A DNA stretch of 64,000 nucleotides. It comes from an uncultured Alphaproteobacteria bacterium (lineage in GTDB: Bacteria > Pseudomonadota > Alphaproteobacteria > Rhizobiales > Xanthobacteraceae). Below the pieces are notes generated by a model, which was not told the origin of the DNA, did not search any database, and saw only the letters and a list, made by a program, of their open reading frames with translations. The DNA lies in contig CAWEDK010000039.1 of the NCBI GenBank assembly GCA_963807865.1, forward strand, positions 168,043 to 232,042, read 5' to 3'. Positions 10,257-22,792 of the stretch are shown in pieces. Position numbers and translations under genes: made by a program. The number at the start of each line of letters is the position of its first letter. Position 1 is the stretch's first letter.

Positions 10257-11757
10257 ATGATCGAACTCCTGACCGCGACCGAGATGGCCGAGGCCGACCG
10301 GCTGGCGATCGCCGGCGGCGTCCCCGGCATTGACCTGATGGAGAATGCCGGCCGGGCGGTCGCCGAGCGCGTCGCCTCCCGGCATCCTCCGGGAAGCAGG
10401 ATCGTTGTCGTCGCGGGGCCCGGCAACAACGGCGGCGACGGGTTCGTGGCCGCACGTCTCCTGGCGGAGCGCAATCTATCGGGTGCGGGTCCTGCTGGTC
10501 GGCAACCGCGAGCGGCTGAAGGGCGATGCGGCGATCGCCGCCGGGCGTTGGAGCGGAACGGTCGAAGCGGCCAGTCCCGACGCCCTGGCGCCGGCCGATG
10601 CCGTCGTCGACGCGCTGTTTGGCGCCGGGCTCGATCGGCCGGTCGACGGGCTCGCCGCGCGCCATGATCGAAGCCATGAACGGGGGGCCGCCCGTCTACG
10701 CAGTCGATCTCCCAAGCGGGGTGAACGGGACCACGGGCGAGGTCATGGGCCTCGCGGTTCTCGGCCACCGAGACCGTCACGTTTTTCCGTCGCAAGCCCG
10801 GGCACGTGCTGCTGCCGGGCCGGCTCCATTGCGGCCGAACTCATGTCGCCGACATCGGCATTCCGGACGGTGTGCTTGAGCGGATCAAGCCGCAGGCGTT
10901 CGCCAATTCTGTCGCGCTATGGGGCAGCGGCATTTCCGATGCCGCGGGCGGGCGGACACAAGTACGCGCGGGGCCACGCGGTCGTGGTCTCGGGCGATGT
11001 TTCATCGACCGGTGCGGCGAGGCTGGCCGCGCGCGGGGCGCTGCGGGCTGGTGCCGGGCTCGTCACGCTGGCAAGTCCAAGCGACGCGCTTGCCGTCAAT
11101 GCGGCGGCCAGCACCGCCGTCATGGTGCGCGCGGTCGACGGCGCCGTCGAATTCCGCGAGTTTCTCCGCGATGCCCGCCGCAACGCGGTTGTCCTTGGGC
11201 CGGGCGGCGGCGTCGGCAAGGACATGCGCGACCTGGTTTTGGTGGCGCTCGCCGGCGAGCGGAGCGTGGTGCTGGATGCCGACGCGCTGACCAGCTTCAC
11301 GGACGAGCCGCAGAGCCTGTTCGCCGCCATCCGGAGCCGCAATGCGGCTGCTGTCCTGACGCCGCACGAGGGCGAGTTCTCCCGGATTTTCGATACGATG
11401 CCCGAAATCGCTCAAGCATCCTCAAAGCTGGAGCGGGTGCGCCGGGCGGCGGTCGCGAGCGGCGCGGTCTGCCTGCTCAAGGGCTCCGACACGGTGGTGG
11501 CCGCGCCTGACGGCCGGGCCGCGATCTCGGAAAATGCTCCACCATGGCTGGCGACCGCCGGATCGGGCGACGTGCTGGCCGGATTGGTGGCCGGGCTCCT
11601 GGCGCAGGGCATGACGGCATTCGAGGCCGCGGCCGCCGCGGTCTGGCTGCATGGCGAAGCCGGAACCGAGGCCGGTCCCGGCCTGATCGCCGAGGACCTG
11701 CCCGAGATGATGCCCCGGATCTACCGGCGGCTGTTTGCGCAGTTGGAAGCCGGCTGA
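10257..11757 (+). pseudogene. nnr: bifunctional NAD(P)H-hydrate repair enzyme (epimerase/ADP-dependent dehydratase), four apparent +1 frameshifts
   Basis: YjeF_N ([62 protein letters not shown]) and the carbohydrate-kinase-like C domain ([15 protein letters not shown] ... ATAGSGDVLAGLVAGLLAQG). The frame steps 0>1>2>0>1 at about 10470, 10655, 10760 and 10915. Confidence 0.8.
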
Positions 11758-11804
11758 CCCCAGCGTGTCCGAAATCTCAAGACCGCAGAAGGGCGCGTGC
11801 GGGC

Positions 11805-12735
11805 CTAATCGTAATCGTAGCTGCGCTTGCCGGTCTGGATCAGTTCGTACAGCGAACGGATTTCGTTCTGCAGCCGGCCGTAGTTCCGCCAGTCCTTGTA
11901 TTGCGGAAAGGTCAGCGTCTTGAGCGCGTCGTCTAGGCTCGTACCCTTGGCGATGGCATCCTTCACGGTCGTGTATTCGTCGTTGATCATCGCGGCGAGT
12001 TCCTGGACGTCCTTCTTGGTCGCGATGCCGTTATGGCCCGGCAGAATTTGATCGACATCCATCGCGGCGAGCCGGTCGAGCAGTTTGATCCAGCCTTCGA
12101 CCGATGGCGTGAACGCCATGTTCGGCATGCTGCGCGCGCCGAACATGCCGGTCGTGAAAACCATGCGGGCGTGCGGGAAGAACACGAAGGTATCGCCGGC
12201 CTGCTGGCCGGGGCCGTAATACGCGAGGCGCACCTCGCGGCCGCCGAGCCGGATGGTCATCTCGCTGTCGAAGGTGACGTCCGGCAGCACGAGCTTGACC
12301 TCACCCGGATCGTAGCCCCGGCTCTTGAAGAAGCCGCCGCGCCGAGCGAGCTCCTTGGGCTGCAGCTTCTCCATCAGTTGCGCGGTCTCCTGCTGCGCGA
12401 CGATCGTCGCTCCGGCAGCCTTGAAGACCGAGTTGCCGAAGTGATGGTCGCCATGGAAGTGGCTGGTGATTACCCATTTGACCGGCTTGTCGGTGATTTT
12501 GCGGATGCGCTCCAGCAGGTCCTGGCCATCGCGCGGGTGCTGGCGGGTGTCGACCACCAGTACGCCCTCCTGGGTGGTCAGCACGACGGCATTCGACGAA
12601 GTGACGTCGACCAGGAAATACAGATCGGGCGCCACTTGCGTGAAGGTTGCGGCAGGGGGGCCGGGTTGCTGCGCCAGCGCCGGACTGCATGAGAACAGAA
12701 TGCCGGCGAGCGGCAAGAGACGAAGCGATATTCAT
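11805..12735 (-). CDS. periplasmic MBL-fold metallo-hydrolase, apparent frameshift in the signal peptide (about 12720)
   Basis: HxHxDH motif (SHFHGDHHFGN). The signal sequence MNIASS (ATG 12735) is out of frame with LPLAGILFSCSPALAQQ by one base. Confidence 0.8.
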
Positions 12736-12790
12736 GTCGTTGTTTCCTCCCATCACGCGGTCGTAAGCATCGCAATCGGTCGGCGGCAAC

Positions 12791-14017
12791 TCAGCTTACG
12801 ACGAAGTACGTTTCACCTGCGCCATCAGGACGGCCGAGTGCACGGCTTTCGATCAGCCATTTGCCTGGATTGTCGGCCACGAAAGCGATCCGTTCAGTCT
12901 CGCCTCCGATCACGAAGGTGTCGAGCCAATAAGGCTTCCAACCGTCGTCGAGCCGGTCGAGATGACGGAACGAATGGCCGTGCAGGTGCACGACTTGCGG
13001 CGCACCGCCACCGTTGCGGAGGCTCAACGCGACCGCGCGGCCGCGCCGCGCGGTGAACAGCGGTGCGCCGGCCGGATTTAATGGCTTGAGATTGGCGAGG
13101 TCGAGCTCAACCCGCTGCGCGGTCCGCAGGTCGATGCGCGCCGGCAGGGGATTGGATGGCAGCGGCAGTGGCTCCGGACGCGCTGCGCTCGCGGGCGTCC
13201 GGTCACTCGTCCGGTAAACCAAGCGGGCAACCGGCACGCCCTCGCCATCGCCGGCGAGGATTGGCGCCACGGTTCCGCTAGCACGCGCTGCATCCACGAT
13301 GACGTCGATCCGGCTGCCCGGCCCGAGCGCGACGCGGCCGTCGCGTGTCAAAAAGGGTTCGGAAGGCTGGCCGTCGATCGCCACCAGCCAGGCGGGGTGC
13401 CCGTCGATCCGCAACATGACGCCACGCGCTGCGGTAGCGTTAATCAGGCGCAGCCGCAGCCGCTCGCCTGAGGTCACGGAGAAATCGGGACGGCCCGCAC
13501 CGTTGACCAGCACCGGGCCGGCCGCCGGCGCCGCCGGCATGCTGAGGATGAGCAGCAGTTCGCGATCGACACCGACCGCTCGTACGTCGTCCACGATCAG
13601 CGCGCCATGCAAACCGCGATCGATGTCGACGCCGGCTGGCGCGTGGTACCAGAATGTCCCGGCATCCGGCGGCCGGAAGCGATAGTCAAAGTTCGCTCCG
13701 GGCGCGACCATGGCTTGCGTCAGCCCCGGCACGCCATCCATCGCGTTTGGAACGCGCACGCCGTGCCAATGGATACACGTTGGCGCCGTGAGCTCGTTGA
13801 CGAGACGCACGCGCAGTTCTTCGCCGCGGTTTACGCGCAGTGTCGGACCGGGGAGGGCGCCGTCATAGTTCCACAGAGGTGTACCGGGCGTTGAAACGGT
13901 CCGCGCGCGAGCCCGCAGGGTCCACGTGCCGTCCGGCGCCGGTTGCGCATCCGACCGAATGGGAAACTGACAGGCCGCCGCGGCGGCAGCTCCGCCGACG
14001 AACTGCCGGCGCGACAC
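12791..14017 (-). CDS. Tat-exported multicopper-oxidase-like (cupredoxin) protein with degenerate copper sites
   Basis: GTG 14017 gives V-SRRQFVGGAAAAAA, a twin-arginine signal. It has IHWHGVRVP and VVHLHGHSF, but WYHAP replaces WYHSH and WLIESRAL replaces the HCH...H...M type-1 copper motif. Confidence 0.75.
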   Translation of the reverse strand: MSRRQFVGGAAAAAACQFPIRSDAQPAPDGTWTLRARARTVSTPGTPLWNYDGALPGPTLRVNRGEELRVRLVNELTAPTCIHWHGVRVPNAMDGVPGLTQAMVAPGANFDYRFRPPDAGTFWYHAPAGVDIDRGLHGALIVDDVRAVGVDRELLLILSMPAAPAAGPVLVNGAGRPDFSVTSGERLRLRLINATAARGVMLRIDGHPAWLVAIDGQPSEPFLTRDGRVALGPGSRIDVIVDAARASGTVAPILAGDGEGVPVARLVYRTSDRTPASAARPEPLPLPSNPLPARIDLRTAQRVELDLANLKPLNPAGAPLFTARRGRAVALSLRNGGGAPQVVHLHGHSFRHLDRLDDGWKPYWLDTFVIGGETERIAFVADNPGKWLIESRALGRPDGAGETYFVVS

Positions 14018-14566
14018 CGAAAATGCCAGGCCGGAGGGATCGCTCAAGCGCGCCGCCGAGGTTTGACGATGACCTGAGCCACTGACGGGTTCCTTGATGT
14101 CGCCGGGAGCTGTCGAGAAATCCGGGGACTTGTCAAGAATGGTGCCGGCCGTGCAGGCGAGCGGTAGCGCGGCCTGGACGCCAAGTGGCATCGTCTACGG
14201 CGCGATGGACTTGCGGTCCGGGAAAAAACTCACAAATGGCGTTGCGGAGCACCGCGTTCTGTCGAGGCATCGTCAACAGCGCGTTGCATGGTCTGAGGCT
14301 TACTGCGCAAATCCTTGTCGAAACCGCTGCAAATCTCTCGTCATCAACTCACGACGGCCTGCCGGCGGCGGTATGATGACGCCGATTTTGCGGCACGAGC
14401 TGAATTTCCCCAGCAATTTGAAGGCTTAGGAGTCTCTGGACCTCGCCAGTAAGGTCTTCCTATGATGATTGAAGACATATCCGACGCCGCGCCCCGCCGG
14501 CCGCCAACGATCCGTGAACTTGCCATGTGCCGATCAATTGATGCTGCGAGACTTGGAACCGTGACG

Positions 14567-14917
14567 ATGTCCGCTCCGCGGCTTGCCGGCGACGACAACA
14601 AGCGCCGGAACGACCCCGGCACTCCGGGAACCGCGGTCATCACCAAGACCAAGCCGCAGACCAAGCGGCCATCGCTCTATCGCGTGCTGCTGCTCAACGA
14701 CGACTACACGCCGATGGAATTCGTGGTCCATGTTCTGGAACGATTCTTTAACAAGGATCAGGAAGCCGCCAATCGCATCATGATGCACGTTCACCAGCAC
14801 GGGATCGGCGAATGCGGGATCTACACGTACGAGGTCGCCGAAACCAAAGTCACCCAGGTGATGGACTTTTCCCGCAAACATCAGCATCCTCTCCAATGTG
14901 TGATGGAAAAGAAGTAG
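14567..14917 (+). CDS. clpS: ATP-dependent Clp protease adaptor ClpS
   Basis: [61 protein letters not shown]; start taken at ATG 14567. Confidence 0.93.
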   Translation: MSAPRLAGDDNKRRNDPGTPGTAVITKTKPQTKRPSLYRVLLLNDDYTPMEFVVHVLERFFNKDQEAANRIMMHVHQHGIGECGIYTYEVAETKVTQVMDFSRKHQHPLQCVMEKK

Positions 14918-14959
14918 CGCCGGGCCCATATAGGGATCGAACAGCGGAACGAGATCCAC

Positions 14960-17408
<2,449 letters not shown>

Positions 17409-17445
17409 CCTCTCTGCGGGAGCGCCGGCCGCAACGGTTTCGCAG

Positions 17446-17952
17446 ATGATCGCGGGAGCCCCATCTGGAGCCTCCCGCGCTCATCGCGTACCGGCGTTCT
17501 TCTGCGTCACCGCGGCGTTCCTGTTCACCTGCATGCCTGCCGACCGCCGCTGGATCAAGCGTCCCGACCCGGTTGTGCGGTTGTGGGACGGGGATCGGTT
17601 GGCGCTGTCGCACGGTCTTACGTTGATCCGCTGCGGGGGACATTTCGCAGACGGTACCGTGCTGCATTGGGCGGAGGGTGGCGGCGGCAGAGGCGCGCTG
17701 CTGACCGGGGATATCGTCCAGTTGATCCCCGACCGCCGCTCCGTCAGCTTTATGCGCGGTTACCCTAATTTGATTCCGCTGTCCGCGCCGGCCATCGCCC
17801 GGATCGGCCATGATAGAACCATTCTCATTTGATGCTCTGTACGGTACGTTTTTCGGTCGCGAGGTGCCGCAAGGCGGCAAGGACGTGATAAGTGGTCGAT
17901 CAATCGCTACATCGCAGCGATTCAGGGCGACGGTACGGCGGAGTTGCAGTGA
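17446..17952 (+). pseudogene. remnant of an MBL-fold hydrolase gene (C-terminal half only, further frame breaks near 17815 and 17890)
   Basis: ADRRWIKRPDPVVRLWDGDRLALSHGLTLIRCGGHFADGTVLHWAEGGGGRGALLTGDIVQ...SFMRGYPNLIPL, then (frame change) IEPFSFDALYGTFFGREVPQGGKDVI, then (frame change) KWSINRYIAAIQGDGTAELQ* (stop 17950-17952). There is no room for the HxHxDH N-terminal half after the clpA stop at 17408. Confidence 0.45.
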
Positions 17953-18025
17953 GCGCGGAATGCGTGTTGGCGCGCGTTCGTCTGTTGGCGAAGACGTCAG
18001 AGACCGGGAGCCCGCGAAGAGCTAG

Positions 18026-19283
18026 ATGAGTAGCGCCACCCGCGATGTACCGGGCGCCGGTTCCGCCGGCGCCGAAATTCTGTTTGTGATCGGCACGCTC
18101 GAGGTCGGAGGCACCGAGCGTCATCTCGCGACGCTCGCGCCCGCGCTGGTCAAACTGGGCTGGTCGGTCTCGGTCTACAGCCTGGCTGGCCACGGCGTCT
18201 TGCGGGACGAGATGCAAGGCGAGGGCGTGAATGTCGTCGTACCTCCTACCCAGCTTCCGCGGTCGTCGGTTCTCGGACGCCTGGCGCAATCGTTGCGCAT
18301 CGGCACTCATCTGTTCAGGTTGATGCGGGCACGCCGGCCGGCAATTGTTCACTTCTTTCTGCCGGCCGCCTACCTGATCGGTGCACCTTCCGCGATCTTT
18401 GCGGGTGTTCCCGTGCGGATCATGAGCCGGCGTAGCCTCAACGTCTATCAGCGCAGTTATCCGCTGGTGCCGGACCTGGAGCGCAGGCTGCATCGGAAGA
18501 TGACCGCGATCCTCGGCAATTCGCGCAGCGTCGTGCGCGAACTGAGCGAAATGGAGGGCGTGCCGGCAAACCGGCTCGGGCTGATCTACAACGGCATCGA
18601 TGTCGGGCGTTTCACCGACGCCGGATCGCCCGCGGCGACGCGGGAATCATTGGGGCTCGGCCCGAACACGCTTACGCTGGTGATCGTGGGAAACCTCATT
18701 CCTTACAAGGGCCACGGCGATTTGCTCGCGGCCCTCGGGAAGGCGGCTCACGCAACTGCCGCGGGATTGGCGGCTTCTGATCGTCGGCCGCGACGAAGGG
18801 ATCGTGTCCTCCTTGCAGGCGCAGGCGGCGGAACTCGGAATCGACCGCAATGTCGTATTCCTCGATTCCCGAAACGACGTCCCGGAAATTCTGAATGCCT
18901 GCGATATCGGGGTGCTTTGCTCCCACCAGGAGGGCTTTTCCAACGCCGTGCTCGAAGGCATGGCCTCAGGCCTGCCGATGATCGTGACGGACGTGGGAGG
19001 AAATGCCGAGGCGGTCCTCGACGGCGAGTGCGGCATTGTCGTGCCGCCGCACGATCCCGCGCGTCTTGCGGATGCCATTGTGCGTCTCGCGAACGATCCG
19101 TCGCTGCGAATCGGCTTCGGAAGCGCGGGCCGTCGCCGTGTGGTGGAGCATTTTGCCCTGGACCGTTCCATCCAGTCGTACGATGCGCTCTATCGCGCGC
19201 TGCTGGCCGGCACCATGCCGGAGAACATTCCGCAAGTTCGGGTGACCGATTGGCTGCGTGCGTCCCCGTCGCCTAGGGACTGA
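18026..19283 (+). CDS. glycosyltransferase family 1 (GT4-type), apparent +1 frameshift near 18748
   Basis: ILFVIGTLEVGGTERH N-domain; the C-domain is in the next frame: RLLIVGRDEGIVSSLQAQAAELGIDRNVVFLDSRNDVPEILNACDIGVLCSHQEGFSNAVLEGMASGLPMIVTDVGGNAE (EX7E motif). Confidence 0.8.
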
Positions 19284-19378
19284 CGGTGCTCTGCCATATG
19301 CGCGGGCGACCCTTGTGAAACGCCCGATTGAACCCGCGCACGCCATATGGGAGATGCAGGGGTATCCTGGCCGGGTCC

Positions 19379-20116
19379 ATGACATCTCCGACTGCTCCTG
19401 TTCCCTCGCGCACCTCTACCGCCAACTTTTTTGATGGCATGCGGGCGTCCGCGACGTCGGTGTTCGGCTATGTGCTGATCGGCACGTATATCGGGGTCGG
19501 GGCACTGGCGTACGATTTTGGCTTCAGCCTGCCCTGGGTCATGCTGTCGACGCTGTTGGTCTGGGTCGGGCCGGGCCAGGTGATTCTGATCTCCGCGCTC
19601 GGCGGTGGTGCTCCCTATGTGGAGGTCGCGATCGCGGTCGGGTTGAGCAGCGTGCGGCTGTTTCCCATGGTCGTGACGCTCCTGCCGCTCATCAAGACGC
19701 CGGCGACGCGTTACCGTGACCTGCTGCTGCCCGCGCATCTCACGGCGGTGAGCATGTGGGTGGAAGCATTGCGCCTCCTGCCGCCGCGCCCGCGCGAAGG
19801 CCGCATCGCCTTCTGCAATGGGCTCGCCTGCGGGTTCATGCTTGCCGCGCACATTGGAACGCTGATCGGTTTCCACCTCGCCGGTTCATTGCCGAAGATG
19901 CTGACGGCGGGCCTGTTGTTTCTGACGCCGATGTCGTTCCTGTGCTCGACCACGCGCAACGCGCGGCTGCTGGTCGACCGGCTGGCGCTGGTGTTCGGTT
20001 TGGTGCTCGGACCAATCCTGGCTTGGTGGCAGGTCGGCCTTGATCTGCTGTGGACCGGCGTGATCGGGGGCTCCGCAGCTTACGCGCTCTACCGCCTCAG
20101 GGAGGCGCTGAGATGA
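19379..20116 (+). CDS. azlC: AzlC-family branched-chain amino acid exporter subunit
   Basis: Multi-TM; GPGQVILISALGGGAPYVEVAIAVGLSSVRLFPM resembles AzlC; ATGA overlap with the downstream azlD-like ORF. Confidence 0.8.
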   Translation: MTSPTAPVPSRTSTANFFDGMRASATSVFGYVLIGTYIGVGALAYDFGFSLPWVMLSTLLVWVGPGQVILISALGGGAPYVEVAIAVGLSSVRLFPMVVTLLPLIKTPATRYRDLLLPAHLTAVSMWVEALRLLPPRPREGRIAFCNGLACGFMLAAHIGTLIGFHLAGSLPKMLTAGLLFLTPMSFLCSTTRNARLLVDRLALVFGLVLGPILAWWQVGLDLLWTGVIGGSAAYALYRLREALR

Positions 20117-20457
20117 GCGCGATCGGCGAGCTTTCGCCCTATCTCGTGCTGATCCTTGTCGGATTTCTGCCGACGGAAGTCTGGCGCATGCTTGGTGTAG
20201 TGGCGGCGCGCGGGGTCGACGAGGAGTTCGAACTGGTGGTTTGGGTGCGGGCGATCGCGGTCGCCGTGCTGGCCGGCGTGATCGCCAAGCTCACCTTGTT
20301 TCCGCCGGGCGCGTTGGCAGATGTGCCGGCAGCGGTGCGGATCGGAGCGGTTACGATCGGTCTTGCGGCGTTTCTGGTTGCGCGCCGCTCGGTATTTGCC
20401 GGGGTGGTTGCCGGCGAGATCGTGCTGTTCGCCGGTATATTCCTCTGGCCTGCGTGA
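20113..20457 (+). CDS. azlD: AzlD-family small membrane protein
   Basis: 114-aa hydrophobic protein translationally coupled (ATGA at 20113-20116) to azlC. Confidence 0.75.
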   Translation: MSAIGELSPYLVLILVGFLPTEVWRMLGVVAARGVDEEFELVVWVRAIAVAVLAGVIAKLTLFPPGALADVPAAVRIGAVTIGLAAFLVARRSVFAGVVAGEIVLFAGIFLWPA

Positions 20458-20469
20458 ACGGACGTATGC

Positions 20470-22653
20470 TCAGGCTGGCTCCGGCATCTCCTCGGCGGGC
20501 TTTTGCACCCAGAACTGGTACATCGTTCCGAACACCGCCGGGTTTTCATTCTCAACGACCTGCCAGTGGTCGAGGTCGCTCATGGTCTTGTCGTCGGGAA
20601 ACCGTTTGGCGTATTCGGCATGAGGGACATCGTTGAAGCCGACGAAATTCAAGTTGCCGGATGCCAGTCCGGCCTTGATATCGGCAATGGCGCCTTCGTG
20701 GTCATGCGCCGGGAACAAGAGTTCGCGGAATTCACCGAGGGTGAAGAAGTCCGCGTATCGGGCGATGTCTTTCGCAGGCGCGCCGGCATCGAGTGCAACG
20801 ATGTCTTGTCGCGCCATGCGCAGGTCGTCCGCTCGGGATCCGTTGCCGCGCGCGGCGACAAGCGCGCGCGCCGCGCGCATAGCGTCCCGTGCTCCCGCAC
20901 GCGGGAGCCCGAGATGCATGAAGCCGCCCGGCCGTAGTAGCGAAGCGAGGACGCGCCAGCCGGCTGTCGGATCGGCAAAATTTTGCGCCGAGGCGACAGC
21001 TTCGATGACGTCGAATGTCCGTCCGAGCGAACCCAACGCGTGCAGCTCGGCCTGCCCATATTCGATGTTCGTCGCCTGCAGTTCGTCGGATTTCCGGTGC
21101 GCATAACACAGGTTCGCCAGGCTTGGATCGACGGCCAGGATCCGAGCGCCGACGCACCATCGCGCCATTTCGATGGGATCGCGGCCGCTGCCGCAGCCTG
21201 CGATCAGGATATCGGCCTCGGCTTTTCCCAGTGGCTGCATGGAGCTTTGCGGGTACTGCATGCGGATAAAATCGTCGAATGGCATCGCCTTGCTCAGCAT
21301 CGCTGGTTTGACCCAACGCGGACAAGGCCCAGCGTCGAACGGCGGTTGTGTCGAGTCCGCGGAGTGGTCGTCAGCCGACGAGAGTATCAAGATCGACGGC
21401 CGCAACTGCTGTTCCTGGGCGGGCTCGCGCACCTGTTGGGTGACGAGCCGCGCCACCGCATCGGGCCACGATTGCTCTGCGAGCGCCGGCGAACCGGCGA
21501 CTGAACAGAGCGGGACGTAACAGGCCAGTGTCGCGAGGGTCATCGGAGCCACCGGAGTGCCGGCCGCAAGTGCCGCGACGACCTCATCGTGCAACGCGGT
21601 TACGCGGTCCACCTCGGTTCTGGCATCGAATGCGTAGTCGTTGAGAAAACATTGTTCGGCCAGCGCGCAGCAGGCCTTCAGCACATCGTCCGAGACCGCG
21701 GTCTTGTCGGACGACGTCGCAAGGTCGAGTGCGGCATGGCGGGCGTTGGTCAAGAGCCGCTCCAACTCGGAGTCGCACACCGGCGCCGATATGAGCAGCG
21801 TCTGCAGCAGGTGATCGCCGGCAAGTGCCGCGAGCCCCCGCGCGCCGGACAATTCCTGTGCCGATGCCGCCGTCTGGCTATCGTCCGACTGTACCAAGGC
21901 GTGGCGGACAGTTTCGCTCTGCTTGACGAGCAGCGTCGCGAAGTTGCCGAGATCGTTCGGCCTGGCCCAAGCCTCGACGATGGCGCGCTCGACCAAGGCG
22001 CGCAGCCTGTCCACCTTGGGAACGGACCTTTGCTCCTGTAAGCAGAGCGCAAAGATCGCCTTCAGGTCGTCATTCTCGGCGACCGAAATGCCGCGTGCGA
22101 GAATGCCGAGCGCCTCGTCGGGCTTGCCTTGCGCCTGCAGGGCACCGGCGAGGTTGCTGTAGGCGAGCGGCGATTTCGCACTTTGCGACAGCGTACGGCG
22201 AAAGTGGACTTCCGCCTCGCTCCATTTGCCTTGCGACGCGAGCGCGCTGGCGAGATTGGTGTGAGCGTCGGTGTAGTCCGGCTTTAACGCGATTGCGCGC
22301 CGGTTGTGCGTGACGGCGTCATCCATGCGGCCGGAAGCCGCCAGCACCAGCGCCATGTTGTAGTGGAACTGAGGATTGCGCTCCTGCAGGGTGATCGCCC
22401 GGCCGATCAATTCGAGCGCGGCGTCGTTGCGTTCGCATTGATGGGCGAGAATGCCGAGGCAGTTGAGGCTGTCGACGTGATTGGGGTCGAGCGTGAGACT
22501 GTCGCGATAGAGGCTCTCTGCCTCCGCGAGGCGTCCCGAGCGATGATGCCCGACTGCGAGGTCGAACAGATGATCGGCACGCGCGTTCGGTCCACCGCCC
22601 ATCGCTGGAGCGCTGCCGCCGGTCCGCCGGTCTTTTCGACTTATGGTGTTCAT
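20470..22653 (-). CDS. TPR-repeat protein fused to a class I SAM-dependent methyltransferase
   Basis: 727 aa. N-terminal TPRs (AESLYRDSLTLDPNHVDSLNCLGILA, AVTHNRRAIALKPDYTDAHTNLASALASQGKW...), a central region of about 250 aa of unknown fold, and a C-terminal MTase motif I ILIAGCGSGRDPIEMA with post-I ILAVDPS. Confidence 0.8.
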   Translation of the reverse strand: MNTISRKDRRTGGSAPAMGGGPNARADHLFDLAVGHHRSGRLAEAESLYRDSLTLDPNHVDSLNCLGILAHQCERNDAALELIGRAITLQERNPQFHYNMALVLAASGRMDDAVTHNRRAIALKPDYTDAHTNLASALASQGKWSEAEVHFRRTLSQSAKSPLAYSNLAGALQAQGKPDEALGILARGISVAENDDLKAIFALCLQEQRSVPKVDRLRALVERAIVEAWARPNDLGNFATLLVKQSETVRHALVQSDDSQTAASAQELSGARGLAALAGDHLLQTLLISAPVCDSELERLLTNARHAALDLATSSDKTAVSDDVLKACCALAEQCFLNDYAFDARTEVDRVTALHDEVVAALAAGTPVAPMTLATLACYVPLCSVAGSPALAEQSWPDAVARLVTQQVREPAQEQQLRPSILILSSADDHSADSTQPPFDAGPCPRWVKPAMLSKAMPFDDFIRMQYPQSSMQPLGKAEADILIAGCGSGRDPIEMARWCVGARILAVDPSLANLCYAHRKSDELQATNIEYGQAELHALGSLGRTFDVIEAVASAQNFADPTAGWRVLASLLRPGGFMHLGLPRAGARDAMRAARALVAARGNGSRADDLRMARQDIVALDAGAPAKDIARYADFFTLGEFRELLFPAHDHEGAIADIKAGLASGNLNFVGFNDVPHAEYAKRFPDDKTMSDLDHWQVVENENPAVFGTMYQFWVQKPAEEMPEPA

Positions 22654-22792
22654 CCCCGGTTGCGCCTCAGTGGTGTGCCGCGTCCCGTCTCCAACGGCAG
22701 TGTGCTGGTCGCGGAGAGCCCGTCAAGCCGATTGGCCGCGACGGGCAGGTTAATGGCCATTGGGCACGAAAAACGTCAAGCTTGGCTGCTCC

